Positions 1-9,198 of a DNA stretch of 56,511 nucleotides are shown piece after piece; position 1 is the first letter of the stretch; every line of letters begins with the position of its first letter. Position numbers and translations under genes: made by a program. The notes beneath the pieces are model-generated. The model was given only the letters and a program-made list of their open reading frames with translations. It was not told the origin of the DNA and made no database searches. The stretch is from assembly GCA_038245295.1 (NCBI GenBank), contig JBBRSP010000036.1, positions 1 through 56,511 of the forward strand, in the 5' to 3' direction. The DNA is from Candidatus Binatia bacterium (lineage in GTDB: Bacteria; Desulfobacterota; Binatia; HRBIN30).

Positions 1-1122
1 ATCTACGGGGGGCGCCGTCGACAGGAAGTCGGCTGGGCTTTGGACGCCACGGCCGCCGCGGTTGAGAACGTGGGTGTAGATCATCGTGGTTGTAACGTCC
101 TGGTGCCCCAGGAGCTCCTGAATGGTTCGTATGTCGTAGCCCGCCTCCAGCAAATGTGTGGCGAAGCTGTGGCGTAGGGAATGCGGGCCGACCAGGCGTG
201 CCATGCCGGCGTCGCGCGAGGCCTGGCGGACAGCGCGTTGCAACACCGACTCGTCGGCGTGGTGGCGGCGGACCACGCCGGCGCGCGGGTCCTTCGAAAA
301 CCCTGCCGCGGGAAACACCCACTGCCAGGCGAGCTCGCGCCCGGCGTTGGGATACTTGCGCTCGAGAGCGTCAGGGAGGTACACGCCGGCACAGCCCGCC
401 GCCAGGTCCTGTTCGTGCAGCGCCCTGACGCGCTCCAACTGCCGGCGTAACGGTGCACTGGCGGCCGCCGGAAGCATCGTGATCCGATCCTTACCGCCTT
501 TGCCCTCGCGCACGACGATCTCGGCGCGCTCGAAGATGACATCTTTGACACGCAAGCGCAGGCACTCGAGCAGCCGCAGCCCGGCGCCGTAGAGCAAAAT
601 CGCCATCAGCCACTTCGTTCCCGTTAGACACGACAGCAACGCCTGCACCTCACCGCGGGTGAGCACGACCGGCAACTTCTTCGGACGTTTGGCGTGCACC
701 AACTCATCGAGCCAAGGGAAATCGGCCTCGAGAACGTTGCGATACAAGAATAACAACGCCGACAGCGCCTGATTCTGCGTCGACGCCGCGACGTGATCCC
801 GGACGGCGAGTTGGCTGAGGAACAGGTTGATCTCCGCCTTGCCCATGCTGCGCGGGTGGCGTTTGCCATGAAAGACGATGAAGCGGCGGATCCAGCCGAC
901 GTAAGCCTCTTCGGTGCGGATGCTGTAGTGCCGTACCCGCAGCGCCTCGCGTACCTGGTCGAGCAAACGCGGCTTGCCGGGCGCCAGATCGGAGCTTGCC
1001 TGATTCACCAGTGCGGGCTGCGAAGACTCGATGCGACGTTGACCTCGAGAGACGCCGGAAGCCGCAGACTCTGCCGCGCCAGTGCGCGGCGCCGCCGGTT
1101 CGGCGACACTCCACCAATTCAT
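1..1122 (-). CDS. intI: Integron integrase (tyrosine recombinase), 3' end runs off the window
   Basis: Manual translation of the minus strand (absent from the ORF track): [31 protein letters not shown]...[17 protein letters not shown]...GKGGKDR...[23 protein letters not shown] (integron-specific insertion)...[44 protein letters not shown]. The R-K-H-R-H-Y catalytic set is intact. Start uncertain: ATG 1122 or GTG 1008. Confidence 0.96.
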   Translation of the reverse strand, partial: MNWWSVAEPAAPRTGAAESAASGVSRGQRRIESSQPALVNQASSDLAPGKPRLLDQVREALRVRHYSIRTEEAYVGWIRRFIVFHGKRHPRSMGKAEINLFLSQLAVRDHVAASTQNQALSALLFLYRNVLEADFPWLDELVHAKRPKKLPVVLTRGEVQALLSCLTGTKWLMAILLYGAGLRLLECLRLRVKDVIFERAEIVVREGKGGKDRITMLPAAASAPLRRQLERVRALHEQDLAAGCAGVYLPDALERKYPNAGRELAWQWVFPAAGFSKDPRAGVVRRHHADESVLQRAVRQASRDAGMARLVGPHSLRHSFATHLLEAGYDIRTIQELLGHQDVTTTMIYTHVLNRGGRGVQSPADFLSTAPPVD

Positions 1123-1892
1123 CCCGTCGTCAGGCTGAAGGATACTGGCCATCGCAGGCGAAGATAATACGAAAATGTGAATCGGGTCAATGCCGCATCC
1201 GTTTGATAAACATTGTGGCCTGCCGTGGGCGTTGGTGTTGCTGGCGGCATTGGGCGGCAAGTCATCCAAGCCGTGGTGGGTCCACCTGGGTAGGCTGGTA
1301 CGCGGTTGGGCGGTTGGCGGTTACGCGGGCATGGCGCTGTGGGGAGACGTACCTTGCACATGTCGCGGGGCAGGGCGTTCGGCGTAGGCCGTATACACAC
1401 CGTCACACCGTAGTTATGGGCGGCAATTCGCCGAGGCGTTGTGTTGAGGGCTAGTTCGGACGGTTTGGAGGCGCATCTTGCCGGTGGTTCCGCCTCGTGT
1501 GGTTTTATTCGGCGATGGACATGGGTGCCGATCGCTTGCCGGATGCGTGGTTGGCGATGGCGGCGCGTGCAGGGGCGTGACACGGCGTTTTTTGATCGGT
1601 GACATGGCTCCTGGGGCCGATGAGTCGCTAGAATCTCGCGGTTACATGGGTCCAAGGCCCTGGGCACCGATGTAGTCGGGCGTTTCTGCGACTCGGAGGT
1701 CCTGTAACCGGTGTAATCGCAGGATTACATCGATGGGCAGCACCCAGGACTGGTGTAATCGGCAAATTGTCCCCGTCGCGGTGCTGGGGCGCCTTGTAAA
1801 GCGGGATGACGGCGCCGCTGAGCTGCTGAAGCGCGCGATCTGTGCGGCCCGGACGTTGCCTGGAACCATCTGGAACACGCAACCGAGAACTC

Positions 1893-1940
1893 GCCAAATG
1901 GCAAAATGACCAAATGCCGAGATGGCCAAATGGCCAAACG
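1893..1940. repeat. Six degenerate tandem 8-bp repeats (GCCAAATG consensus)
   Basis: gccaaatg gcaaaatg accaaatg ccgagatg gccaaatg gccaaacg. Confidence 0.85.
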
Positions 1941-1978
1941 GCCGATCCCCAGTTACAAGCTTGGTCAGAGGAGAGCCC

Positions 1979-2809
1979 ATGGCCATCGTCGAAGTCGAGA
2001 AGGTCCGCCAGGATATCCGCATCGTTCGCCTCAACCGCCCGGAGCGGCTCAACGCCATGACCATCGAGCTATGCCTGGAATTGCAGGCTCGCTTGGCGGA
2101 GATAGCCGACGACAATTACTGTCGCGTCGTCATTCTCACCGGCAACGGCCGCGCCTTTTGCTCCGGGCTCGATCTCAAGGATCCGTCGATCATTCCGAAC
2201 ATGGACGGGCTGACCATTCCGCGCATCGGACCGAAGGCGATGCGCATCTATTCGCAGCTCGTTCCGTCGATGCGCCAACTGCCGCAGCCGATCATCGCCG
2301 CCATCAATGGGCCCGCGTACGGTGGCGGGTTATGCCTCAGTCTTGGTGCCGACCTGCGCATCGCCGGGCAGTCGGCGATGTTCAACTCGACGGGTATCGT
2401 CAACGGCCTCACCAGCACCGAGCTCGGCGTCAGCTGGCTGCTGCCACGCTTGATTGGCGCGGCCAATTCCAACGACATCCTGCTGACCGGCCGCCGCATC
2501 GATGCCGCCGAGGCGCTGCGCATGGGACTGGTATCGCGCGTTGTCTCCGATGAGGAATGTCTGCCGGAGGCGATGCGTATGGCGGAGCAGATGTGCAGCT
2601 ACAGCACCTGGGGCTTGCAGATGACCAAGCAGGTCACCTGGGCCAACCTGGAAGTCAGCAGCCTCGCCGCCGCCATCGAGCTCGAGGATCGCAACCAGCT
2701 CATGCTGGGGATGACCGACAACCTCCCCGAGGCGATCTCCGCCTTCGATAAGAAGCGCGCGCCAGTCTACACCGACGAGCCGCGGCGCGGCATCTATCCG
2801 AAGGACTGA
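1979..2809 (+). CDS. Enoyl-CoA hydratase/isomerase (crotonase family)
   Basis: LNRPERLNA, GRAFCSGLDL, PIIAAINGPAYGGG motifs; GAGGAG RBS before ATG 1979. Confidence 0.92.
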   Translation: MAIVEVEKVRQDIRIVRLNRPERLNAMTIELCLELQARLAEIADDNYCRVVILTGNGRAFCSGLDLKDPSIIPNMDGLTIPRIGPKAMRIYSQLVPSMRQLPQPIIAAINGPAYGGGLCLSLGADLRIAGQSAMFNSTGIVNGLTSTELGVSWLLPRLIGAANSNDILLTGRRIDAAEALRMGLVSRVVSDEECLPEAMRMAEQMCSYSTWGLQMTKQVTWANLEVSSLAAAIELEDRNQLMLGMTDNLPEAISAFDKKRAPVYTDEPRRGIYPKD

Positions 2810-2882
2810 ATCCTCCGGCCCGAGAAAGACTGTTGCGACTTGGTGACGGTCGCCATACTGCGGACTCCAGGGGAGGAGTCGA

Positions 2883-5800
2883 ATGCGCAACGGGTTGCAC
2901 GCGACGTGGCATACCCATCGGGGGCTTGCGGTCATGGTTGGGATCACTGTGTGCCTCGCCGCAGCCCAGGCGAATGCCACGACCTATTACGTTCGAACCA
3001 CCGGCGTCGATACAAACGACGGCCTTACCGCCCAGGCAGCTTTCCAATCCATCCGCACCGCGGCGCGATTCCTCCTCAACCCGGGGGATCGTGTGGTAGT
3101 TGGTCCCGGCGAATACCACGAAGCCGACATCGAGCCGCGCCGCGGTGGCGCGACCGGACAACCGGTAGAGTTTGTTGCCGATCCCACAGGGGCGCTGACT
3201 GGCGACCCCGCCGGCGAGGTGCGCATCATCCCGTCGCCGGCTCCAGCGGCGCGCAAGACGGCGTTCCTGATCTTCGGCAAGCACCATCTGCGCATCCAGG
3301 GCTTCACGATCCTCGGAGCCGCCGACCCGGCAATTCAAGTGCGACCGGCGGCGCAAAGTGGTGGCTCGAGCGGCGACCTGAGCATCGTCGGCAATACTTT
3401 TCGCGGGGGGAATCAAGCGATCGAAATTCAGGCGACCGGGCCGGTTGAGATCAAAGACAATCACATCGATGGCAGCGGCTTCGCGGCGTCCGTCGTCAGC
3501 GACCCGGCGAGTCGCGTCAACGTGGTGATCGATCACAACGTTCTGACCAACAATATGCGCGGTCTGTCGACGTCCGGGGCCGGAGCCGTGACGGTTACCA
3601 ACAACGAGTTCGAGTCGAACGTCGAGTTCGCGCTCAACATCTTCGAAGCCGACGCCGCGACAATCGACAACAATACGGTGCACGGTGGCCGCATCGGCCT
3701 CGTGTATGTTCGCACCGAGGATGGCCCGGCATCGGTGTCGATTACCCGCAACACGCTAAATCAGCTTCCCATTGGCTTGTCGGTGCGTGGCACTGCCTCC
3801 AACTCGGTGATGGCGATGATTGCCGGGAACACCGTGGCTCCGTTTTCCGTCGGTATCGCGTTGCGCGAGGTCGAGCAGGCTCAGGTGAGCAGCAACGAGA
3901 TCAACGGCGGATATCGCGGCATTGGTCTCTACGGCGGTGGCCTGGTGAATGTGGAGCAGGGGCAATTCACCGGGTGCAGCCGAGGTATTTCGCTTGCGGG
4001 CAAGATCGGCCAGGTGACCGTGACGCACAGTCGATTCGAGAGCTGCGGTACCGGCGTGCGAGGGGATACCACCGGCAACGTCAGCGTCGGCTCGAGCCAA
4101 TTCATCAAGAGCTCGGGCGTACGTGTTTCGTCGCGGTCGGTCGATGTCGTCGGCAACCACTTTGAGAATGCTGCCGGGGGCGTAACCCTGAACGCCTCGA
4201 CGGTTCACTTCCTCGACAATCAGTTGGTCGGGGTCAGGAACGCCGTCGTTGTGTCGGGCGCCGCGGCAGTCGAAGTCGCAAGGAACGACATCAGCGGCTC
4301 CGTCGCGGGTGTCCTCGTGACCGCCACGATGATCACGCTGAAGAATAACTCGTTGTCCGGCGTTCCTCAGCCGGGAGAATTGCGGGGGCAGAGGATTCTT
4401 GCGTCGGCGAATCGGTGGACGGGCGCTCGTCATCCCTTTGTCGTGCATGACGCGGTTGACGTGCGTGTCGAGGACAATGAACTGAGTGGTCCCGGCTCCG
4501 GCATGATCTATGAGTCGCGCCGTTCCCGTGTCGGTAGCGCTCACTGGAACCGCAACGTGCTCAAAGAGGGCGCTAGTCTCTCCTTCTCGGGTGAGTTGCT
4601 GGACATGGATGTCGAGGCAACGTTCAACCGCATCGAGGCGGCGACGTTGACGGCGATGAAGGTCCGTACGCGCGGATCGGTAGACCTGAGCGATAATGTC
4701 ATCGTCAATCCGGTGGGCAACGGAATCCAACTCCAGGGCGCCGGCGGCGACGCGGTCGTGAACCGGAATCAGATTGACGGCGGCGTCGATGGCATCAGCC
4801 TCGAGAACTGGCACGCGGTTGCGGTGGCCGGCAACGTCCTCGCTCACCCGAGGCAGCACGGTTTGCGCATCAGCAACATCGATACGGCGGTTGTCGATGC
4901 CAATCACGTCAGTGATTCAGGCAACGACGCGATCAACATCGCCGGTGAGGCGATACTTGTGGGTGACTGTAACCGCGACGGCGTTGTCAGCGGCGCCGAA
5001 CTGCAGCGTGTGGCAGCGCGTGTGTTCGACGCCGACCCCGGTGCCGATTGCTCCGCGGCCATGAGCGGCGATGTCGTGTCGAGTGCCGACCTCGTGCGTG
5101 CGACGCTTGCGTCGCTGTTGGGTCCATCCGCGTCGCGTCCGGCTCGTGAGATCGAGGTTGCCGACAATACGGTGGGCGCGACGGGCGGCGTCGGAATCGT
5201 TGCGTTTGCGACGGATCAGATGACGGCGCAGCGAAACGTCGTGAGCAACGCCAGCCGTTCCGGCATCTCGCTCGTCGTCGGTACCTCCGGAGCCGCGACG
5301 GTGGAAAGCAATCGGGTCGACGCGGGCGGGGGGGACGGCCTCGCCGTTTCGGGCGCCGCCGTTCTGAATGTCAGCTCAAATGAAGTCGGCGGCAGCGCCG
5401 GCAGCGGTTTGCGCCTCCGCGATGCCGGCCGCGTGTTCCTGGCCAACAACCATGTCGCGGATACGGGCGGCGTTGGCATCCGGGCGAGTCATGTCGGACA
5501 CTGGACCAGTCGCGGCAATCAGATCGACGCGACCGGCGGCGGTATCAGTTTGTTTGGGGCGCGGCCCGCAGGCCTTTCCGCGGCGCTCGAAGACGAGCGT
5601 ATCGGCAGCAGCCGTGGAGTCGGGTTGCTGGTCGATCAAGCGGCGCTGGTGTCGTTGTCGGCGAGCGAAGTGCGTGACACCGCGGCAGACGGGGTTGTCC
5701 TGCGTCATACCAACGTGGTGCGGATCACCGATAGCGTGGTGAGCGGGGCGGCCGGGACGGCGCTGCGCTTGGGTGATGCCGAGGCGGCGACCGGCGATGA

Positions 5801-6611
5801 TATTGTGCTCGAACGCAACCGCTTCGGTGGCTTTCACGGCAGTGGCGTCGACGCGCGCCCGGTCGGCAAGGTGTTGGTGCGCGAGTGCCAGATGGATGCC
5901 GCCACGGAGGCCACGGGCGCCGGCATCGTCCTGCGATACGCACCGATGTCGACCGCCTTGGCCGTGGTCAGCGGCAACCGCATTCGCGGTGGCGGCGGTG
6001 ATGGCATCTTTGTGGAGAATGCCGGCCGCGCCATTGTCTGGGACAATCAGGTCTACTCCGCACGGCAGACCGGCGTCTTGCTGCGCGGCCTCGGGGCGAC
6101 CGAAGTGGTGAACACGCTCGCCTACGACAATGGAGAAGACGCAGTGCGCCTGGAGCAGCCGGGCGAGGCGCGTGTCTTCAACAATACGCTCTACGCGAAC
6201 GGCCGCTGGGGGCTGGCGTCGGCGGACGCGACATCGCTGCGTATCCTGAACAACATCCTGGACGGCAATGTCGAGGGCAGCCTGGTGCTTGGGATCGGTG
6301 ATTCCGCGGCTGCGCAGGAGGGATTCAATTTGACCACGGGGATGTTTGTCGGCCTGACGCCGGCCGCGACAGACGTGATGGATGCGCCGGCCTTTGCCGA
6401 TCCGAATGGAGCCGATGGCGTGCTCGGCGGCGACGGCGCCGACGACGACGACTTCCACCTACGGATGCAGCCGGCCAGCCCGGCAATCGATGCGGGATCC
6501 GACACGGCGGTGTTCTTCGGAATCTCCGGCTCGGCATTGGGCGAGGGTCTTGGTGACAGTGGGCCGGTGGACCTTGGGTATCACTACGATCCGTCGCCAC
6601 GGGTTCCGTGA
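2883..6611 (+). CDS. Secreted right-handed parallel beta-helix repeat protein with internal dockerin-like motif
   Basis: Signal peptide (AQANA-TTYYV); TTYYVRTTGVDTNDG..AFQSI N-terminal cap; many (I/V)xxNxI..GI repeats; C-terminal DFHL..SPAIDAG..DLGYHY; GDCNRDGVVS motif mid-protein. Confidence 0.85.
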   Translation: MRNGLHATWHTHRGLAVMVGITVCLAAAQANATTYYVRTTGVDTNDGLTAQAAFQSIRTAARFLLNPGDRVVVGPGEYHEADIEPRRGGATGQPVEFVADPTGALTGDPAGEVRIIPSPAPAARKTAFLIFGKHHLRIQGFTILGAADPAIQVRPAAQSGGSSGDLSIVGNTFRGGNQAIEIQATGPVEIKDNHIDGSGFAASVVSDPASRVNVVIDHNVLTNNMRGLSTSGAGAVTVTNNEFESNVEFALNIFEADAATIDNNTVHGGRIGLVYVRTEDGPASVSITRNTLNQLPIGLSVRGTASNSVMAMIAGNTVAPFSVGIALREVEQAQVSSNEINGGYRGIGLYGGGLVNVEQGQFTGCSRGISLAGKIGQVTVTHSRFESCGTGVRGDTTGNVSVGSSQFIKSSGVRVSSRSVDVVGNHFENAAGGVTLNASTVHFLDNQLVGVRNAVVVSGAAAVEVARNDISGSVAGVLVTATMITLKNNSLSGVPQPGELRGQRILASANRWTGARHPFVVHDAVDVRVEDNELSGPGSGMIYESRRSRVGSAHWNRNVLKEGASLSFSGELLDMDVEATFNRIEAATLTAMKVRTRGSVDLSDNVIVNPVGNGIQLQGAGGDAVVNRNQIDGGVDGISLENWHAVAVAGNVLAHPRQHGLRISNIDTAVVDANHVSDSGNDAINIAGEAILVGDCNRDGVVSGAELQRVAARVFDADPGADCSAAMSGDVVSSADLVRATLASLLGPSASRPAREIEVADNTVGATGGVGIVAFATDQMTAQRNVVSNASRSGISLVVGTSGAATVESNRVDAGGGDGLAVSGAAVLNVSSNEVGGSAGSGLRLRDAGRVFLANNHVADTGGVGIRASHVGHWTSRGNQIDATGGGISLFGARPAGLSAALEDERIGSSRGVGLLVDQAALVSLSASEVRDTAADGVVLRHTNVVRITDSVVSGAAGTALRLGDAEAATGDDIVLERNRFGGFHGSGVDARPVGKVLVRECQMDAATEATGAGIVLRYAPMSTALAVVSGNRIRGGGGDGIFVENAGRAIVWDNQVYSARQTGVLLRGLGATEVVNTLAYDNGEDAVRLEQPGEARVFNNTLYANGRWGLASADATSLRILNNILDGNVEGSLVLGIGDSAAAQEGFNLTTGMFVGLTPAATDVMDAPAFADPNGADGVLGGDGADDDDFHLRMQPASPAIDAGSDTAVFFGISGSALGEGLGDSGPVDLGYHYDPSPRVP

Positions 6612-6667
6612 CGCCAGCCTAGATAGCGCCGCGGTTCGATTTGGATGAATGCGGCGCCGGTTCACTC

Positions 6668-6743
6668 CGCAGGCTGAAGCCTGCGCCTACCGGTCTGCTT
6701 TCGCGTGCGTCCTCAGCGTGGTAGGCGCAGGCTTTGGACTGCG
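6668..6743. repeat. REP doublet, GTAG family (GTAGGCGCAGGCTTCAGCCTGCG)
   Basis: cgcaggctgaagcctgcgcctac (6668-6690) plus an inverted degenerate copy gtaggcgcaggctttggactgcg (6721-6743). Confidence 0.85.
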
Positions 6744-6806
6744 ACGGCTGAGCTTTCGTCGAGTTTGGAATTGTTGGGCAAAGCCGGCTGAGACAGAGGA
6801 GCTTTC

Positions 6807-8111
6807 ATGGCGTGGGACTTCGAGACCGATCCTGAATTCCAGCAGAAGCTCGACTGGGCGGATGCTTTTGTGCGTGAGAAGGTTGAGCCACTCGACCTGG
6901 CCTTTCGCGAGTTGGGTGCGCCGTACGATCGCAAGAATGCGACGTACCGCAAGATCGCTGCGCCGCTGAAGAAGGAAGTTCAGGAGCACGGGCTATGGGC
7001 TTGTCATCTCGGACCCGAGCTTGGCGGGCCAGGTTATGGCCAAATGAAACTGGCGTTGCTCAACGAAGTCCTCGGTCGCTCCAATTGGGCGCCCAGCATC
7101 TTCGGGTGTCAGGCGCCCGACTCGGGAAACGCCGAGATCCTGGCGCATTACGGAACAGCGCATCAGAAGAAGCAGTACCTCGAGCCGCTGCTGGCCGGTG
7201 ATATCGTCTCGTGCTTTTCCATGACCGAGCCGCAGGCCGGTGCTGACCCGCGCGAGTTCAAGTGCCGCGCTGATCGTGACGGCGACGACTGGGTCATCAA
7301 TGGCGAGAAGTACTTCTCGTCACACGCCGATCTCGCCGAGTTTCTCATCGTCATGGCGATCAGCGATACGACCGTGCCGGTGCACCAGGGCGCGTCGATG
7401 TTTCTGGTGCCGACCGACAACCCGGGCGTGAAGATTGTCCGACTGGCGGGACTTGGCGGCGAGCCGCTTGGTCACGGGCATCACGCCTATGTTCGTTACG
7501 AGAACTGCCGTGTGCCGGCGGAGAACCTCCTCGGCGGCGCGGGCCAAGCATTTGCCATCGCGCAAACGCGCCTTGGCGGAGGGCGTATCCATCACGCCAT
7601 GCGCACCGTGGCGATGGTCAAGAAGTCGGTCCAGATGATGTGCGAACGGGCTTTGAGCCGTCGCACCCAGGGGGAGCTGTTAGCTGCCAAGCAGATGGTG
7701 CAGCAATACATTGCCGACTCGTTCATCCAGCTCGAGCAGTTTCGGCTGCTGGTGTTGTACACGGCATGGCACATCGACAAAGGTCACAAGAGTGAAGCGC
7801 GCACCTATATCGCCGCGGTGAAGGTGCAGATGGCCGATGTGCTGCACGATGTCGTGCGTCGCGCTCTGCAAGTGCACGGCGCTCTTGGCTGTTCGAATGA
7901 GATGCCATTGGCCGGGATGTGGATGGCGGTGCCGGTGATGGGCATCGCCGATGGGCCGACGGAAGTGCACAAGGTCACGGTCGCCAAGGCGGTGCTGAAG
8001 AAGTACCAGGCCTATCCGGGACTATGGCCGCGCGACTATCTTCCCGAGCGGGTCGCCGAAGCACGCGCCAAGTTTGCCGATGTCTTGGAGGCCGAGGCGG
8101 GCAATCTATGA
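6807..8111 (+). CDS. Acyl-CoA dehydrogenase (ACAD10/11-like)
   Basis: CQAPDSGNAEIL, CFSMTEPQAGAD, WVINGEKYF, AQTRLGGGRIHH, IADGPTEVHK. Confidence 0.95.
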   Translation: MAWDFETDPEFQQKLDWADAFVREKVEPLDLAFRELGAPYDRKNATYRKIAAPLKKEVQEHGLWACHLGPELGGPGYGQMKLALLNEVLGRSNWAPSIFGCQAPDSGNAEILAHYGTAHQKKQYLEPLLAGDIVSCFSMTEPQAGADPREFKCRADRDGDDWVINGEKYFSSHADLAEFLIVMAISDTTVPVHQGASMFLVPTDNPGVKIVRLAGLGGEPLGHGHHAYVRYENCRVPAENLLGGAGQAFAIAQTRLGGGRIHHAMRTVAMVKKSVQMMCERALSRRTQGELLAAKQMVQQYIADSFIQLEQFRLLVLYTAWHIDKGHKSEARTYIAAVKVQMADVLHDVVRRALQVHGALGCSNEMPLAGMWMAVPVMGIADGPTEVHKVTVAKAVLKKYQAYPGLWPRDYLPERVAEARAKFADVLEAEAGNL

Positions 8112-9160
8112 GCGACGCCGATCGCCTGACGGGGTTGATCGATCCCGCCGCCCTGTCGCGCTGGATGGACAACCAGGACTTACCTGGCCGCGGCGAGCAG
8201 CTGGAGGCACGCTTCATCAGTGGCGGCGCGTCCAACGAAATCTTCGAGATCCGCCGCGGCGATCTGCGCCTGGCGTTGCGGCGACCACCACGCCAGGTCC
8301 CCAAAGGTCGCAACGAAACGATGCTGCGCGAGTACCGTGTGCTGGCGGCGCTCAAGGACAGCGGCGTGCCTCACACATGTGCCGTGGCGGCCTGTGATGA
8401 CGAGTCGGTGCTGGGCGCCTGCTTCTACCTCATGGAGTTTGTTGACGGCTGGTCGTGTATGAACCTCGACGGTTGGCCGCCACCGTTCGACGCGGACCTC
8501 AAGGCACGTGAAGGTCTCGCCTACGAACTGATCGACGCCATCGCGCGGCTCGGCCAGGTCGACTGGCGCGCCCGTGGTCTGGAAGGCTTCGGCAAGCCGG
8601 AAGGATTTCACGAGCGCCAGGTCGATCGCTGGCTGGCGCATCTAGCGGCGTTCAAATTCCGTGAGTTGCCCGGCCTCGACGCAGCGGCGCACTGGCTGCG
8701 CGCCTACAAACCGAAGTCCTACAAGCCTGGGATCATTCATGGCGATTACCAATTCGCCAATGTGATGTTTCATCACGGTGCGCCGGCGCGCATGGCGGCG
8801 ATTGTCGACTGGGAGATGGCGACCATCGGTGATCCACTGCTCGACCTGGGCTGGGTAATCATGACGTGGCCGAACCCCAACGAGGATCGCAGGACGACTG
8901 GTTACGTCGACTATACGGGTATGCCGACCCGCGAAGATCTGCTGCAGCGTTACTCGACGGTAAGCGGTCTGCGCGTCGACGAGATCGACTATTACGTCAT
9001 CCTGGCGCGCTTCAAAATGGCGGTCGTGCTGGAGGGCGGCTACGCGCGCTTCGTGCAGGGCGGTGCCGACAATCCCAAGATGGCGATGTTTGGCGACGTT
9101 GTGCTCGACATGGCGCGCAAGGCGGCGGAGCTGGCACGCTCGACGGCGTTAGGGCACTAG
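8108..9160 (+). CDS. Phosphotransferase (APH/choline kinase) family protein
   Basis: GGASN, LRRPP, IIHGDYQFANV, DWEMATIGDPLLDLG; ATGA overlap with the upstream ACAD. Confidence 0.92.
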   Translation: MSDADRLTGLIDPAALSRWMDNQDLPGRGEQLEARFISGGASNEIFEIRRGDLRLALRRPPRQVPKGRNETMLREYRVLAALKDSGVPHTCAVAACDDESVLGACFYLMEFVDGWSCMNLDGWPPPFDADLKAREGLAYELIDAIARLGQVDWRARGLEGFGKPEGFHERQVDRWLAHLAAFKFRELPGLDAAAHWLRAYKPKSYKPGIIHGDYQFANVMFHHGAPARMAAIVDWEMATIGDPLLDLGWVIMTWPNPNEDRRTTGYVDYTGMPTREDLLQRYSTVSGLRVDEIDYYVILARFKMAVVLEGGYARFVQGGADNPKMAMFGDVVLDMARKAAELARSTALGH

Positions 9161-9170
9161 TTCCAGCGCT

Positions 9171-9192
9171 GCAGGCTGAAGCCTGCGCCTAC
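9171..9192. repeat. REP element, GTAG family
   Basis: gcaggctgaagcctgcgcctac, identical to the copy at 6669; lies between convergent genes. Confidence 0.85.
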
Positions 9193-9198
9193 CGGCTT

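Noticed and set aside
81..1167. Track ORFs at 81-551, 624-869, 704-1117, 793-1167 and others
   Set aside because: Alternative-frame or antisense shadows of intI, whose true frame has no stop inside the window.
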